The notes beneath the pieces are model-generated. The model saw only the letters and a program-made list of their open reading frames with translations. It was not told the origin of the DNA and did no database searches. From NCBI GenBank assembly GCA_963737265.1, contig CAVTRY010000006.1, forward strand, positions 75,752 through 139,751: a stretch of 64,000 bases of DNA, given 5' to 3'. Below are positions 9,588 through 19,699 of the stretch, in pieces (position 1 is the stretch's first letter; every line of letters begins with the position of its first letter). The position numbers were made by a program, and so were the translations under genes. The DNA comes from an uncultured delta proteobacterium. Lineage in GTDB: Bacteria; Myxococcota_A; Polyangia; Fen-1088.

Positions 9588-10057
9588 CACGGCAGTGCCC
9601 AAAAGAGGAGCCGTTTCGCCTCAAGAAAATAGCAATGATCGGAGCACGTCACGCCATCCCACAGCGTGGCGTGCCCGGATGCATCTCCCCAGATGGCCAC
9701 CTCGAACAAAAGGATTCCCCTTTTTTCCATGAGGCCGAGGCCTCCCGCGCTTGGACCCATCAGGATTCCGTCGGGCTTTCCCAGGCTATGGCGAAGAAAC
9801 GCAGCGAGATCCATCAGCCGAAAGAAATACTGATAGTGGTCGCCGCCAGAAACGGTCTCACCCTCAAGCCGCGGAATCGGAAGCCCCGCACGATTCAAGA
9901 CGTAACTCATCCTGAGGGCGCAAGCGTTGGTGAATATATGGGCATCGATATTCGCCTTGACCTTGCCGCCTATTTGATTGCCAACGGTCGCCAGGGTTCC
10001 GTCGCCATGGATAGTCTGAAATAGGGCCCATGTTTGCGTAAACTGTGGTCGCCGCAT
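9587..10057 (-). CDS. tae4: Type VI peptidoglycan amidase effector (Tae4 family)
   Basis: IGGKVKANID, catalytic Cys in NACALRMSYVLN, catalytic His in WGDASGHATLWDG, CSDHCYF; RBS AGGAGAGG upstream. Confidence 0.9.
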   Translation of the reverse strand: MRRPQFTQTWALFQTIHGDGTLATVGNQIGGKVKANIDAHIFTNACALRMSYVLNRAGLPIPRLEGETVSGGDHYQYFFRLMDLAAFLRHSLGKPDGILMGPSAGGLGLMEKRGILLFEVAIWGDASGHATLWDGVTCSDHCYFLEAKRLLFWALP

Positions 10058-10254
10058 TTGATCCTCTCCTATTCACGGATAGTGCCCTCAAATGCTCGGA
10101 CCGACAACATGGTTCGACCGGTGAGAGGAGGCCCCGTCACCTCATAAGCGTTAAGCGGGGCGTGCCCCAGAAATCCGCACCCCTTCTCCCCGGTCCGCAT
10201 CCGGTCCGCCGGGGGGAGTCGGTACAAGCGCCATTTCCTTTTCACCGAATCGTA

Positions 10255-10430
10255 TCTGTTAGGCAAAGACTCGGCTTGGCAGGCCTTGCTATTGCCTGCC
10301 TTGCGTATTCCTTCTGGCCGCGAAACGCGAGCCTGCGCGAGTTTTCTCCCGACGCCATGGGCCGGCTCGAAACCGCGATGTGGCGAGACTACTACGATTG
10401 GACATGATTGAACCTCTGGCTGTGATACGA
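10255..10430 (+). pseudogene. Remnant of an uncharacterised membrane-anchored protein gene
   Basis: Hydrophobic segment then SLREFSPDAMGRLETAMWRDYYD, followed by two in-frame TGA codons and no convincing start. Confidence 0.4.
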
Positions 10431-10702
10431 ACCAGAGTCGAATTCGGATCGCCCTGCTGGTTCGCCCGTCTCACTCCAACGCCGCAAGCCCGTGCATCGT
10501 CGCGAATTCGGTCGTGACAAACACAAGGCGATAAACACAGCCAGGTGCCAGCGATGGTTTGCGCGCGCAGGTGGCGAGATCACGGACTGCCGCAACTGAA
10601 GCGTCAACACGAGATGAATCAACCCAAAATTCCACACGCCAGGTTCCACCCGGTAGGGTTTTCCATCGCGGGCGGCGCGTCGGGGCCTTCGCGGGAGACG
10701 CG

Positions 10703-11335
10703 GTGATTAGTTGCAAGCTGTGCCAAGCAACTGCGTGCGTGCGCGTTTGCCCGCGTGCGCGGCGAACCTTCCTTCACTGTCCGGCGTGCGGTCTCGTCTT
10801 CGTTCCCGACAGGGAATACCCGACTGTCGCGGCCGAGCGCTCGCGCTACGATCGGCATGACAACACGCCGACCAATCTCGGCTATCGGCGCTTTCTTTCC
10901 GAGGTCGCTGATGCGGTGGACCGGCTGGACTTGGGTGCTGGAACCATCCTCGACTTCGGCGCGGGCGAGCACGCCGTGCTCACGCAGTTGTTGCAAGAGC
11001 GGGGACGGCGCGCGCGGGACTACGATCCTCTTTACGGCCGGGGGCTGAATGCGCTCGCCGAGCGCTACGACCTAGTCATCGTGTGCGAGGTCATCGAGCA
11101 CTTGCGCGACCTTACCGGCGAATTGACGAGACTTGAGTCCTGTCTGCACCCGGGTGGCCGCGTGCTGTTGCGGACGCAGATTCACCCATCCGTCGACGAT
11201 ATCGCCGATTGGTGGTACAGCCGCGATCCGACTCACCTGAACTTTTTCGCCCGCGACACCCTCGCGACCGTCGCGGCGCTCTTGCGGAAGACCGCGGTCA
11301 CGGCGCTAGCGGCCGATCTGTTCCTCATTGCGTGA
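10703..11335 (+). CDS. Class I SAM-dependent methyltransferase with N-terminal Zn-ribbon
   Basis: CKLC...CPACGLVF, LDFGAG, CEVIEHL, WWYSRDPTHLNFF; GTG start chosen. Confidence 0.85.
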   Translation: MISCKLCQATACVRVCPRARRTFLHCPACGLVFVPDREYPTVAAERSRYDRHDNTPTNLGYRRFLSEVADAVDRLDLGAGTILDFGAGEHAVLTQLLQERGRRARDYDPLYGRGLNALAERYDLVIVCEVIEHLRDLTGELTRLESCLHPGGRVLLRTQIHPSVDDIADWWYSRDPTHLNFFARDTLATVAALLRKTAVTALAADLFLIA

Positions 11336-11442
11336 TGGTGTGGCGCGACGATTTCCTCAGCGGCCGTTTCATGAGGGATGAGGCTGCAGGCTCAGGCTAG
11401 GTGAATGCAGTCTGGCTCAAATGAAGCCTGTTTCCGATGCCT

Positions 11443-12453
11443 CTACTTCCGCGCCGGAAGTCCCACCCGGCGAGCGAGGCCGCGCATGCGCTCGGCCGCT
11501 TCGGTGGTAAACACGCCCCAGCGGTTGGAGAACGGCAGCGACGTGCGCACCATGCAGTCCACCCCGCAGCCGTCTTCGCAACCCTTGGCTTTCCGGTTGG
11601 CCTTGATTTGGGCCAACGTCACGTCGGCGAGCTTGCCCACCGGATCGGTGTGATTGCAGTAGTGAAAATTGCCTTCGGGCGAGACGTAGAACGCCTTGCT
11701 TCCGCCCATGCAGGTCCACGAGAGCGGCTTGCCCGACAGAATGCGCTCGTAGTAATCGATGAGGTAGTAGGGATTGGAAACCGGCTTGCCCTCACGCTTC
11801 TGCTGTTTGAGCCAGCGGACCTTTTCGAGGTAACGGGCGCTGTTCGGCCCGAAAACGATGCGCCCGCGGTCGTGGACCACGGCGAGGAAGATCGGGACCC
11901 CGAGGTCGAAGCAGAATTCGGCTAGCGCCTGAATTTCGTCCAGGGTTGCTTCGCAGATGCACGCCGCAACGTAAAACCACAAACCGCGCCGCGCGACCAT
12001 TTCGATCTTCGAACGCAGCGTCTTGAGCGACTTGGGCGTGGCGGGCGTGGGGGAAAGGCCATCCACCGAGATCTGAATGCGCCCCATGCCGGCGTCGATG
12101 AGCTCGTCGAGCTTTTCTGGCGTGAGCAAGAATGCGTTGGTGGTCATGCCGGTGGTCATGCCCTGCTTGCGCACGTGGCGCATGAGCGGAACGATATCGG
12201 GATGCAGCAGCGGCTCGCCGCCGATGAGATCGGCGTGCAGTACGCCTAGCTCTTTGCACTTGTCGATCCTCGCCACCACGTCGGCGAAGGGAACGTGACC
12301 TTTGGCGTTGTCATACTCGGTGCAATAGCCACACGTCAGATTGCACTTCCACGTCACGTTGAGCTGCGCCCACAGCGGCCGGCCGTCGAAGCCACGGGGC
12401 ACGCCGCGCAGGAAACCGGCGACCGACAGGGGATTTTTCACCTTGGGTTTCAT
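11443..12453 (-). CDS. Radical SAM protein with C-terminal Cys-rich (Twitch/SPASM-like) domain
   Basis: CNLTCGYC, GGEPLLHPD, TNAFLL, ISVDG; C-terminal CMGG...HYC...CEDGCGVDC; ATGA overlap with MATE. Confidence 0.9.
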   Translation of the reverse strand: MKPKVKNPLSVAGFLRGVPRGFDGRPLWAQLNVTWKCNLTCGYCTEYDNAKGHVPFADVVARIDKCKELGVLHADLIGGEPLLHPDIVPLMRHVRKQGMTTGMTTNAFLLTPEKLDELIDAGMGRIQISVDGLSPTPATPKSLKTLRSKIEMVARRGLWFYVAACICEATLDEIQALAEFCFDLGVPIFLAVVHDRGRIVFGPNSARYLEKVRWLKQQKREGKPVSNPYYLIDYYERILSGKPLSWTCMGGSKAFYVSPEGNFHYCNHTDPVGKLADVTLAQIKANRKAKGCEDGCGVDCMVRTSLPFSNRWGVFTTEAAERMRGLARRVGLPARK

Positions 12454-13871
12454 GACGAGGTCACACCGGCACTCTGCCACACCCCGCTCTTCCAGCGCCA
12501 TCCGTTGGCCAGCGCGCGCGTCCATTCGTCGACGGCCATGCCGGCCCAAATGCCCACCACGCCCCAACCCATGCCGAACGCCAGTCCCACGGCGGAGCCT
12601 AAACCGACGGTCCACATGAGCGACGTGCCGGCGATGGCGGGGAAGCGCGAATCGCCGGCCGCGCGCAGCGAGAAGGTGAGCGCGAGGTTGGCCGCCTTGG
12701 CCGGCTGAAGCAGGACGTCCAGCCACAGCAGCGACGCGCCCAGCGCCGCGATTCCGGCATCGTGGGTGAAGAGGCCAAGCAACCTATGGCCCGCCAGGGC
12801 TAGCGCAAGCGACGCGAGAAACGCGAGGCCCGCTCCCCACGCCACCGCGGTTCGAAGACGGCGATCGGCGGTGGCAAATCGGCGCGCCCCAACCAGGTGT
12901 GCAACCAGAATCTGCGCGCCGAAGGCCAGACCGTAACTGAAGAGGACGGGAAGATTGGCGAGGTTGGCCGCGTAGACACGGGCGGTGAGTGCGAAAGCGC
13001 CCAGACGCACGACCTGGCTGGCCAGCACCACTTGAAACAGTTGGTAGGAGATGGGCTCAACGGCCGAAGGCAGGCCAATGCGAATCAGGTGGCGCAGGAT
13101 GCGCTTCCAGCCCAAGGCCAGCAGCATCCACGACGGATGAAAGTCGAGCCGCCGCACCACCAAGCCCAAGGTCGACAGGCCGACGATGCCCCACGAGAGC
13201 ACGGTCGCGACGGCCACGCCTTGTACGCCGAAACAGGGCAGACCAAACAGGCGGCCCACCAGCAGCAGGTTGAAAACGGCGTTGAGTCCCACCATGGCTA
13301 CCGACACCCACAGGTTCCAGCGGGTAAGCCCGCGCGCCGCCAGCAAATTGGTGAGACCGGCGATAAGGGCGCGGCCGACGAACCCAGCGCCGATAATGCG
13401 CAGAAATTCGACCGAATGTTCCGCGATGGCCCCGCGCAGTCCCAGGCCCCACACCAGCCAGGGGCTGGACAAGCTCAGCAATGCCCCCAGCACGAGACCA
13501 CTGCCGCCCAGCACGGTGAGCACGAGAGCGAAGGTAGCTTGCGCCATGCGTGGCCGGCCAGCCCCGAGGTACTGCCCCGCGATGGCGGCGCCCGCCTGCC
13601 CCATGGCGCCGAGGACGGTCTGCGTCAGCATGAACACCGGCAAGGTGGCGCCCACGCCCGCCGCGGCGTCATCGGAAATGCGCGACAGAAACCACGAATC
13701 GAGAATCGGGCCGGAGATGCCCGCCGCCATGGTGACCATCACCGGCCACGAAATCGCAATCAGGGACTGCTCGTGCACCGGCGGCGCTGCGCTAACTGGG
13801 CGAGGCTTGGGAGCCGGCGAGTCTGCGGCACGCGAGGTGCCGGTAGCAACGAGGTTGAGATCTGAACGCAT
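12450..13871 (-). CDS. MATE family transporter
   Basis: About 12 hydrophobic segments; ISWP, DSWFLSRISDDAAAGVG, RIGLPSAVE, SLRAAGDSRFP. Confidence 0.9.
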   Translation of the reverse strand: MRSDLNLVATGTSRAADSPAPKPRPVSAAPPVHEQSLIAISWPVMVTMAAGISGPILDSWFLSRISDDAAAGVGATLPVFMLTQTVLGAMGQAGAAIAGQYLGAGRPRMAQATFALVLTVLGGSGLVLGALLSLSSPWLVWGLGLRGAIAEHSVEFLRIIGAGFVGRALIAGLTNLLAARGLTRWNLWVSVAMVGLNAVFNLLLVGRLFGLPCFGVQGVAVATVLSWGIVGLSTLGLVVRRLDFHPSWMLLALGWKRILRHLIRIGLPSAVEPISYQLFQVVLASQVVRLGAFALTARVYAANLANLPVLFSYGLAFGAQILVAHLVGARRFATADRRLRTAVAWGAGLAFLASLALALAGHRLLGLFTHDAGIAALGASLLWLDVLLQPAKAANLALTFSLRAAGDSRFPAIAGTSLMWTVGLGSAVGLAFGMGWGVVGIWAGMAVDEWTRALANGWRWKSGVWQSAGVTSS

Positions 13872-14000
13872 GGGTACTTCAGGCGGCTCCGCCCGCGTCG
13901 GCGATAGCACAGATCAGGCAAGCGCGACACCAATCAGCGAAGACGTGTGCGCCGAACGCCGCATCGTCTTTTTCCAACAGAAGGGGTATTCTCCTGCCCC

Positions 14001-15464
14001 ATGGGCGACGGGGAGAAGAGCCGTCGGGCTCTCGACGCAACCATTCTCGTCAGCGGCGCGTCCGAGGACGGAGCCGCGGCCATCGCCGATGGGTTGGCGG
14101 GCACTCGTTTGCAGCACTTCGCGCTGGTGCGCCTGCTTGGCCGCGGCGGTATGGGCGCGGTCTACTACGGCACCGACCTGTCGCTGGATCGGCCGGTGGC
14201 CGTCAAGGTGCTAGCCATCGAAATCGCGGGCGATCCCGAGATCGTCACGCGCTTCGAGGTCGAGGCCCGCGCCCAGGCGCGCGTGCGCCACCCCAACATC
14301 GCGCAGATCTATTTCATCGGCGAGGATCGCGGGTTTCATTTCTTCGTCATGGAATACCTGGAGGGGCCGGCGCTCGATGCCTTGCTCGCGCGACCTCGGC
14401 CCCTGCCGGTAACCGAGGCGCTCGACTACGCCCTCGCCGCGGCCCGTGGCCTGCGTGCGGCCCTGGCCCACGGCTTCGTCCACCGCGACGTCAAGCCTTC
14501 CAACCTCATGCTCGACCACGAAGCCGGGCTCAAGATTCTCGACTTCGGCCTGGTCAAGAGCATGCACGGCGATTCCCAGCTCACCCAGGCGGGCGCCATC
14601 ATCGGCTCGCCGCTCTACATGTCGCCCGAGCAAGGGCGCGGCCTCATCGTCGATCACCGCTCCGACATCTATTCGCTCGGCTGCACGCTCTTCCACATGT
14701 TGGCCGGCCGCCCGCCCTTCAACGGGCCGTCTCCGGTCGGCATCATCACCATGCACGTGACGGATCGCCCGCCGCCTTTGCGCGATCTCAATCCGGCGGT
14801 GCCGCACAACGTGGCTCGTATCGTCCTGCGCATGATGGCCAAGAAGCCAGAGGATCGCTACGGCGACTACGACGAGTTGATCGCCGCCCTCGATGCCGAA
14901 CGCACGCCCCACCGCGAGCTGGGCGGCCTCGGCAGGCGCGGCATCGCGCTCGGCATCGACGCCGTCCTCCTGCTCGCGGCCGCGTTCTTCCTGCACTTGT
15001 GGGTCGTTCCGGTGGCCGTGGCCTACTTCATTCTGTGCCATCGCCTGCTCGGCCAGACACCCGGCAAATGGCTCCTCGGCATCCGCGTCGAGAGCAGCGC
15101 GGGTGGCCGTCTCGGCTGGAAGTCCGCCCTTATTCGCTTCCTCGCCTTCGCCTGGGGGCCGGTGGCGTGGACCCTGCTTGCCGTGCTCGTCTATACCCTG
15201 CACAGCAACGACCGCGTGGCCTTCCGGCTATCGCGCTTGACCTTGTCCGATCTCGCCGTGCCCATCGTCTACATCGCCCTCGCTACCATCATCCTGGTCG
15301 GCTACCTGGCCGGCTTTCTCCTGGTCGCCTTTCATCCCAAGCGCCAGGCCTTGCACGACTTGCTCGCCCACACCCTGGTCTACTTCAAGTCCCGCGTGCC
15401 CGCCGGCGAGGTGGTCGAGGCGGTCAAGTCCACCGCCAGCGCCGCGTTGTCGAGGCATCGCTAA
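14001..15464 (+). CDS. Ser/Thr protein kinase fused to RDD membrane domain
   Basis: [27 protein letters not shown]; RDD motifs [33 protein letters not shown]. Confidence 0.9.
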   Translation: MGDGEKSRRALDATILVSGASEDGAAAIADGLAGTRLQHFALVRLLGRGGMGAVYYGTDLSLDRPVAVKVLAIEIAGDPEIVTRFEVEARAQARVRHPNIAQIYFIGEDRGFHFFVMEYLEGPALDALLARPRPLPVTEALDYALAAARGLRAALAHGFVHRDVKPSNLMLDHEAGLKILDFGLVKSMHGDSQLTQAGAIIGSPLYMSPEQGRGLIVDHRSDIYSLGCTLFHMLAGRPPFNGPSPVGIITMHVTDRPPPLRDLNPAVPHNVARIVLRMMAKKPEDRYGDYDELIAALDAERTPHRELGGLGRRGIALGIDAVLLLAAAFFLHLWVVPVAVAYFILCHRLLGQTPGKWLLGIRVESSAGGRLGWKSALIRFLAFAWGPVAWTLLAVLVYTLHSNDRVAFRLSRLTLSDLAVPIVYIALATIILVGYLAGFLLVAFHPKRQALHDLLAHTLVYFKSRVPAGEVVEAVKSTASAALSRHR

Positions 15465-15619
15465 CAGGCCCCCACCGACACCGAGTTACGAGCATCGGCG
15501 AATCCCGCAGCTTCGCCGATGCTCCGCCGAGCGATCGTGGAACATCCAAGTGACATAGGGCCTTCCGCCGAGATCGATCACGGATCGGCCAAGCAAGGGA
15601 CACATGCCAGAGAAAAAAA

Positions 15620-16096
15620 ATGTACATCCGTCGTTCCGCGGTCCTCACATTTGCCGCTTGTTTTGCGTGCTCAAGCAACCACAGTGCTGGGCAGGGGGAC
15701 GCGGGTGGGACGGGAATCGCGATCCTCCTTGGCGATGCACTCTGTCTTGGCAGCTCGGCCGCGCCACCTGACGTGGACGCCGCTACCGTCGATCCTCTCT
15801 GCACAACGACGATGCCCACGGTCTCTTTCGCCAAAGACGTCGCGCCCATCCTCGTCGGATGCACCGGCGAAATCTGCCACGCGTCCTGGACCTACAACAC
15901 GCTCGTCGGACGAGAATCCACCGCCTGTTGCGACCACCGCTGGCTCATCCTGCCCGGTCAAGCTTCGTCGAGTCATGTGGTGCAAGCCTTGAATGGCATC
16001 GGCTGCGTCCCGCGAATGCCACTCGGGGGCGAGCTTCCGGAATCGAGTATTGCGACCATCACCGCCTGGGTATGCCAGGGCGCGCTCGACAATTAA
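15620..16096 (+). CDS. Lipoprotein with planctomycete-type cytochrome c-like domain (atypical CX4CH)
   Basis: Lipobox-like FAC; VSFAKDVAPIL, CTGEICH, PG..SSS, RMP, ITAWVCQGA. Confidence 0.65.
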   Translation: MYIRRSAVLTFAACFACSSNHSAGQGDAGGTGIAILLGDALCLGSSAAPPDVDAATVDPLCTTTMPTVSFAKDVAPILVGCTGEICHASWTYNTLVGRESTACCDHRWLILPGQASSSHVVQALNGIGCVPRMPLGGELPESSIATITAWVCQGALDN

Positions 16097-16102
16097 GCGG
16101 CG

Positions 16103-17938
16103 TTACTGCAGAGGCGCACAGGTTGAGACGCCCGCGCCGACGATGTAGCGACCATTCGTGTCGCCGACGGGAATGAGGACGGCCGGATTGTCGCGCGCCG
16201 CTTTATAGATCGACGTGTTGACGAAGATCCAGAAATAGCCGCCCCAGAATTTCATGGCCCAATCGCCGTTCTCGGTGAGCGTCGGGTAAGTGTAGGTATC
16301 GAGGGTCGCTCCGCTGGTGGGATCTATTCGCAGCAGCGAGGCCAGGCCCGACGCACTGGCCCCCCCGGGGAAGAACCCCCACAAGCTACCGTCTCCCGTC
16401 CCGGACAGCTCGGGCGAGCCAGCCTTGATAGGGCCGACCGGTGTGACCACCAGGGAAGGAAAAGACACGGTGGCGAGCTCGGACGGCATGGAGGAGGCGG
16501 AGACGCCGCCAGCGATGTACAGGGTGTCTAGGCCCGTCGACGGATCGAACACGAAGCCCATGCCGAAGACATTCAAGCCATGTTGCCCGGGCAGAAACCC
16601 CGTCGCCTGGCACTGTCCGGTGCTGGTGTCCACCTTGAACAGATTGCCATCGCTGTAGGCGACCCAGGCCACTGCATTCTGGTCCACGGCCATGGAGAAA
16701 GGCGAGTAGCCGGTCGGGCAGGCAAGCTTCTGGATGATGTCGGTGAAGGTCAAGGTTGTCGGATCGAAGCGCGAAAAAATGCCAAATTGATCCACGGTGT
16801 AGATCCACTGACTCGCTTCAACGCAGACCGTGTTGACGTTGGCCGACAGCGGGACCGACGCTTGCGGCGCCTTCGGGTCGCCGGTTTGCAAGACCAAGGT
16901 CCCGTTCTTTTGGTGCGGCGGCGTGCTGTCGGACGCGACGAACTGGACGGCGACAGTTTGGCTGAACCCGGGCGCGACGGTGAAGGCGACGGCCTGCCCG
17001 GCGCCAAGCGTGAAGCCAGGATCGCTGCCGGGATCGATCCCGACGCCCGAGACCTGGCAGGCATCGGTGCCGGTGTTGGCGAGCGTGACGCTGGCGCTGG
17101 CGGTGTTGTTCAGGATGACGTTGCCGAAGCTCACGCTGGCCGGCGAAATCGTTAGGATGCAGCCGGTGTCGACGTCGGCCGACAGCGGGATGGCGACGGA
17201 CGCCTGCTTCGTGTCCGTGGTGGCGAAGACAAGCTGGCCGGTGCGATGGTGGGGCGCCGCTGAAGCTATGGCGTCGAAGGCAATTGGAATCACTTCCACG
17301 GCAAGCGGAGCCAGCGTGAATTTATTCGCCTGCCCCGCGCCGATCGAGAATTCCGAATCGCTGCCCGGTGCGAGGGCGAGGCCCGCAACCTCGCACGAGC
17401 CGCTGCCGACGTTGGTAACTACGACCGAGCCGGTGGCGGTATCACCCAGCTGGACTTGCCCGAAGTCGTAGGAGGACGGGTAGATCGAAAGCGTGCAGCT
17501 TGTCTGGATGGTCGCGCTGAGCGGAACTTGGACGGTGCCTTGGTTCGGATCGTCAGTCTGGAAAATCAGGGCTCCCGTGCGCTGGAGCGGCACCGACGCG
17601 CTGGCCGGGCTGAACGTCACGGTCAGCGTAGCGGAGTCGCCCGAAGGAATGACTAAGGTCGGCGTCTGCGCGGCGGCAGCGAAGCCGGGGTCGGAATTGG
17701 GTCCAAGAACCACGCCGGAGATGTGGCAATCCCCGCCGCCGTGGTTGGCCACGCTAACACTCCTCGTCGCCGAGCTGCCCGGAGCAACTGCGCCGAAGTC
17801 GAGCGCCGAGGGTGCCACCTCGATCAAACACATTGGGGGCAGCAGCGGCGTCCGGTAGCATGCGAACAAGAAAAGTGGTGCGCACAGGATCCACGGAAAC
17901 GGAATCTTGTGCGTCACGGTCGCGTTCGCGCATTTCAT
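16103..17938 (-). CDS. Lipoprotein with three Ig-like (choice-of-anchor D/ASH) repeats and C-terminal propeller-like domain
   Basis: LFAC lipobox; three repeats of P..(L/Y/V)(D/S)FG.V...V.N.G...C...G.LV..T.D...VPLSA; C-terminal IVGAGVSTCAP. Confidence 0.8.
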   Translation of the reverse strand: MKCANATVTHKIPFPWILCAPLFLFACYRTPLLPPMCLIEVAPSALDFGAVAPGSSATRSVSVANHGGGDCHISGVVLGPNSDPGFAAAAQTPTLVIPSGDSATLTVTFSPASASVPLQRTGALIFQTDDPNQGTVQVPLSATIQTSCTLSIYPSSYDFGQVQLGDTATGSVVVTNVGSGSCEVAGLALAPGSDSEFSIGAGQANKFTLAPLAVEVIPIAFDAIASAAPHHRTGQLVFATTDTKQASVAIPLSADVDTGCILTISPASVSFGNVILNNTASASVTLANTGTDACQVSGVGIDPGSDPGFTLGAGQAVAFTVAPGFSQTVAVQFVASDSTPPHQKNGTLVLQTGDPKAPQASVPLSANVNTVCVEASQWIYTVDQFGIFSRFDPTTLTFTDIIQKLACPTGYSPFSMAVDQNAVAWVAYSDGNLFKVDTSTGQCQATGFLPGQHGLNVFGMGFVFDPSTGLDTLYIAGGVSASSMPSELATVSFPSLVVTPVGPIKAGSPELSGTGDGSLWGFFPGGASASGLASLLRIDPTSGATLDTYTYPTLTENGDWAMKFWGGYFWIFVNTSIYKAARDNPAVLIPVGDTNGRYIVGAGVSTCAPLQ

Positions 17939-18139
17939 GATCCTGGACTCCTGTTATGACCCGGCGGAGGATGCCTCCGACGAGGCGGACAAGCCCGAAC
18001 GGTCGTCAGCATACCGCAGGCGCACTGGGAAATCGATGGCGGCGCAGCGCCAGTCGGCGGACGGACAGGAAATGTTACTATCCAAAACATGGCAACACGG
18101 ATCAATGTCACCGCAACCTGCATCCTCGCGATCTAGACG

Positions 18140-18604
18140 ATGCCGCTGCCGACCGTACCCTCCATTCCGCCGCATCCTGAAGCCTCGCAGGCCAAGCTCG
18201 ACGCCCTTCGCGACAGGCTGCACCGTCGCTGTGTTATCACCGGGCCCGACAATCCGGTGGGGCTCAAGCTCAAGTTCAAGGTGCTGGAAGACGGCTCGGT
18301 GCGGGCCATGTTTCCCTGCGGTCCTCATCTCGAAAGCTATCCCAACACCGTGCATGGCGGAATCATCGCGGCGGTGCTCGACTCGGCCATGGTGAACGCA
18401 CTGTTCGCCGTCGGCATTGTCGCCGTCACCGCCAGCCTCGATTTGCGCTACAAGGCCCCCACCGTGCCCGACCGCTTCGCCACCGTCCACGCCTGGATCG
18501 AAAATGACGACGCCCGTCCGCTGTACCGAATGCGTGCCGAACTTTCCCAGGACGGAACCCCGCGTGTGCAGGCCAGCGCGAATTTTCTCGTGAACGAAAG
18601 CTAG
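18140..18604 (+). CDS. PaaI-family hotdog thioesterase
   Basis: CVITGPDNPVGLKLKF, HGGIIAAVLDSAM, VTASLDLRYKAP. Confidence 0.88.
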   Translation: MPLPTVPSIPPHPEASQAKLDALRDRLHRRCVITGPDNPVGLKLKFKVLEDGSVRAMFPCGPHLESYPNTVHGGIIAAVLDSAMVNALFAVGIVAVTASLDLRYKAPTVPDRFATVHAWIENDDARPLYRMRAELSQDGTPRVQASANFLVNES

Positions 18605-18633
18605 CTAGCTCCTTCCACCCAGCCCGAGCTTCC

Positions 18634-19512
18634 GTGGCAAACTGGCGTCCGATGCCCGCTGCACAGCCGTTCTTGAAGCTCCTCGGCCGCTTTGCCACGA
18701 TGGAGATCCGACGCTTCGGCAGCCCGGGCGCGTTTCTTGTCGAGAAGGAGGCCGGCGCCGAGGCCACCACGCTGCTGCTCCTCGGCGCGGAGATCCCCGC
18801 AGGCGCGATCGAGGGCGACGAGATTTCCGTCTTCGTCATGCTCGATTCCGAGGGTCGCCCGCTGGCCACGACCAGGATCCCCAAGCTAGAGTTGGGCGAG
18901 GTCGCCTTTCTGACGGTCACCGCATGCACGGAGTTCGGTGCGTTCGTGGACTGGGGCCTGCCCAAGGAATTGCTAGTGCCGTTCGCGGAGCAGACCACGA
19001 AGCTGCGCGTGGCTGAACGGCAGCCGATTGGTCTTTACATCGACAACAGCGGCCGCCTGGCTGGCACCATGCGGGTGAGCGAGCTTCTCAGCACGACGAG
19101 CGGCACCTTCGTGCGCGGTGAACGGGTCGAGGGCGAGGCTTGGCGCGACGACCCTGAGATTGGCCTATTCGTAATTGTTGAGCGGCGCTTTGTCGGGCTC
19201 GTTCCCAAGCACGAGCCGCACGCCCTGGCGCGCGGCGAGGCGGCGCGGTTTCGCGTGGCACACGTGCACCCGGACGGCAAGATCGAGCTCTCGCTGCGCG
19301 GGCACGCGCATGAAGAGCTGGAACGCGACGCACAAAAGATCCTGCTCCTGCTCAAGCGCCCGGGCGCGCCCAAGCTCGGCGATCGTTCGGATCCCGAGCA
19401 GATCCGCGCGCTCTTTGGCCTGAGCAAAAAGGCGTTCAAGCGCGCAGTGGGAAGACTGCTCAAGGAGCGGATGGTGGACATCGACGACCAAGGCTACGTG
19501 CGCGTCTTGTAA
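18634..19512 (+). CDS. cvfB: CvfB-family S1-domain RNA-binding protein
   Basis: FGAFVDWGLPKELLVPFAEQ, DGKIELSLR, C-terminal FGLSKKAFKRAVGRLLKE; start may be ATG 18652. Confidence 0.85.
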   Translation: MANWRPMPAAQPFLKLLGRFATMEIRRFGSPGAFLVEKEAGAEATTLLLLGAEIPAGAIEGDEISVFVMLDSEGRPLATTRIPKLELGEVAFLTVTACTEFGAFVDWGLPKELLVPFAEQTTKLRVAERQPIGLYIDNSGRLAGTMRVSELLSTTSGTFVRGERVEGEAWRDDPEIGLFVIVERRFVGLVPKHEPHALARGEAARFRVAHVHPDGKIELSLRGHAHEELERDAQKILLLLKRPGAPKLGDRSDPEQIRALFGLSKKAFKRAVGRLLKERMVDIDDQGYVRVL

Positions 19513-19699
19513 GACCGCAATCATGCACACAGGGGATCGACGTTGGAATCGCCGCGCCCACTGACATCGCCACGGTGCTAACAGTGAACACGGCCAACTG
19601 CACGCAATAGCCATCCCACGCGGACGCCGTCGATCGTCCGCGAAAACCCCGCGGGCAATCGCCGCCAGCCTCCTTGGCGGCGGATTGCCCGCGCTTGCC

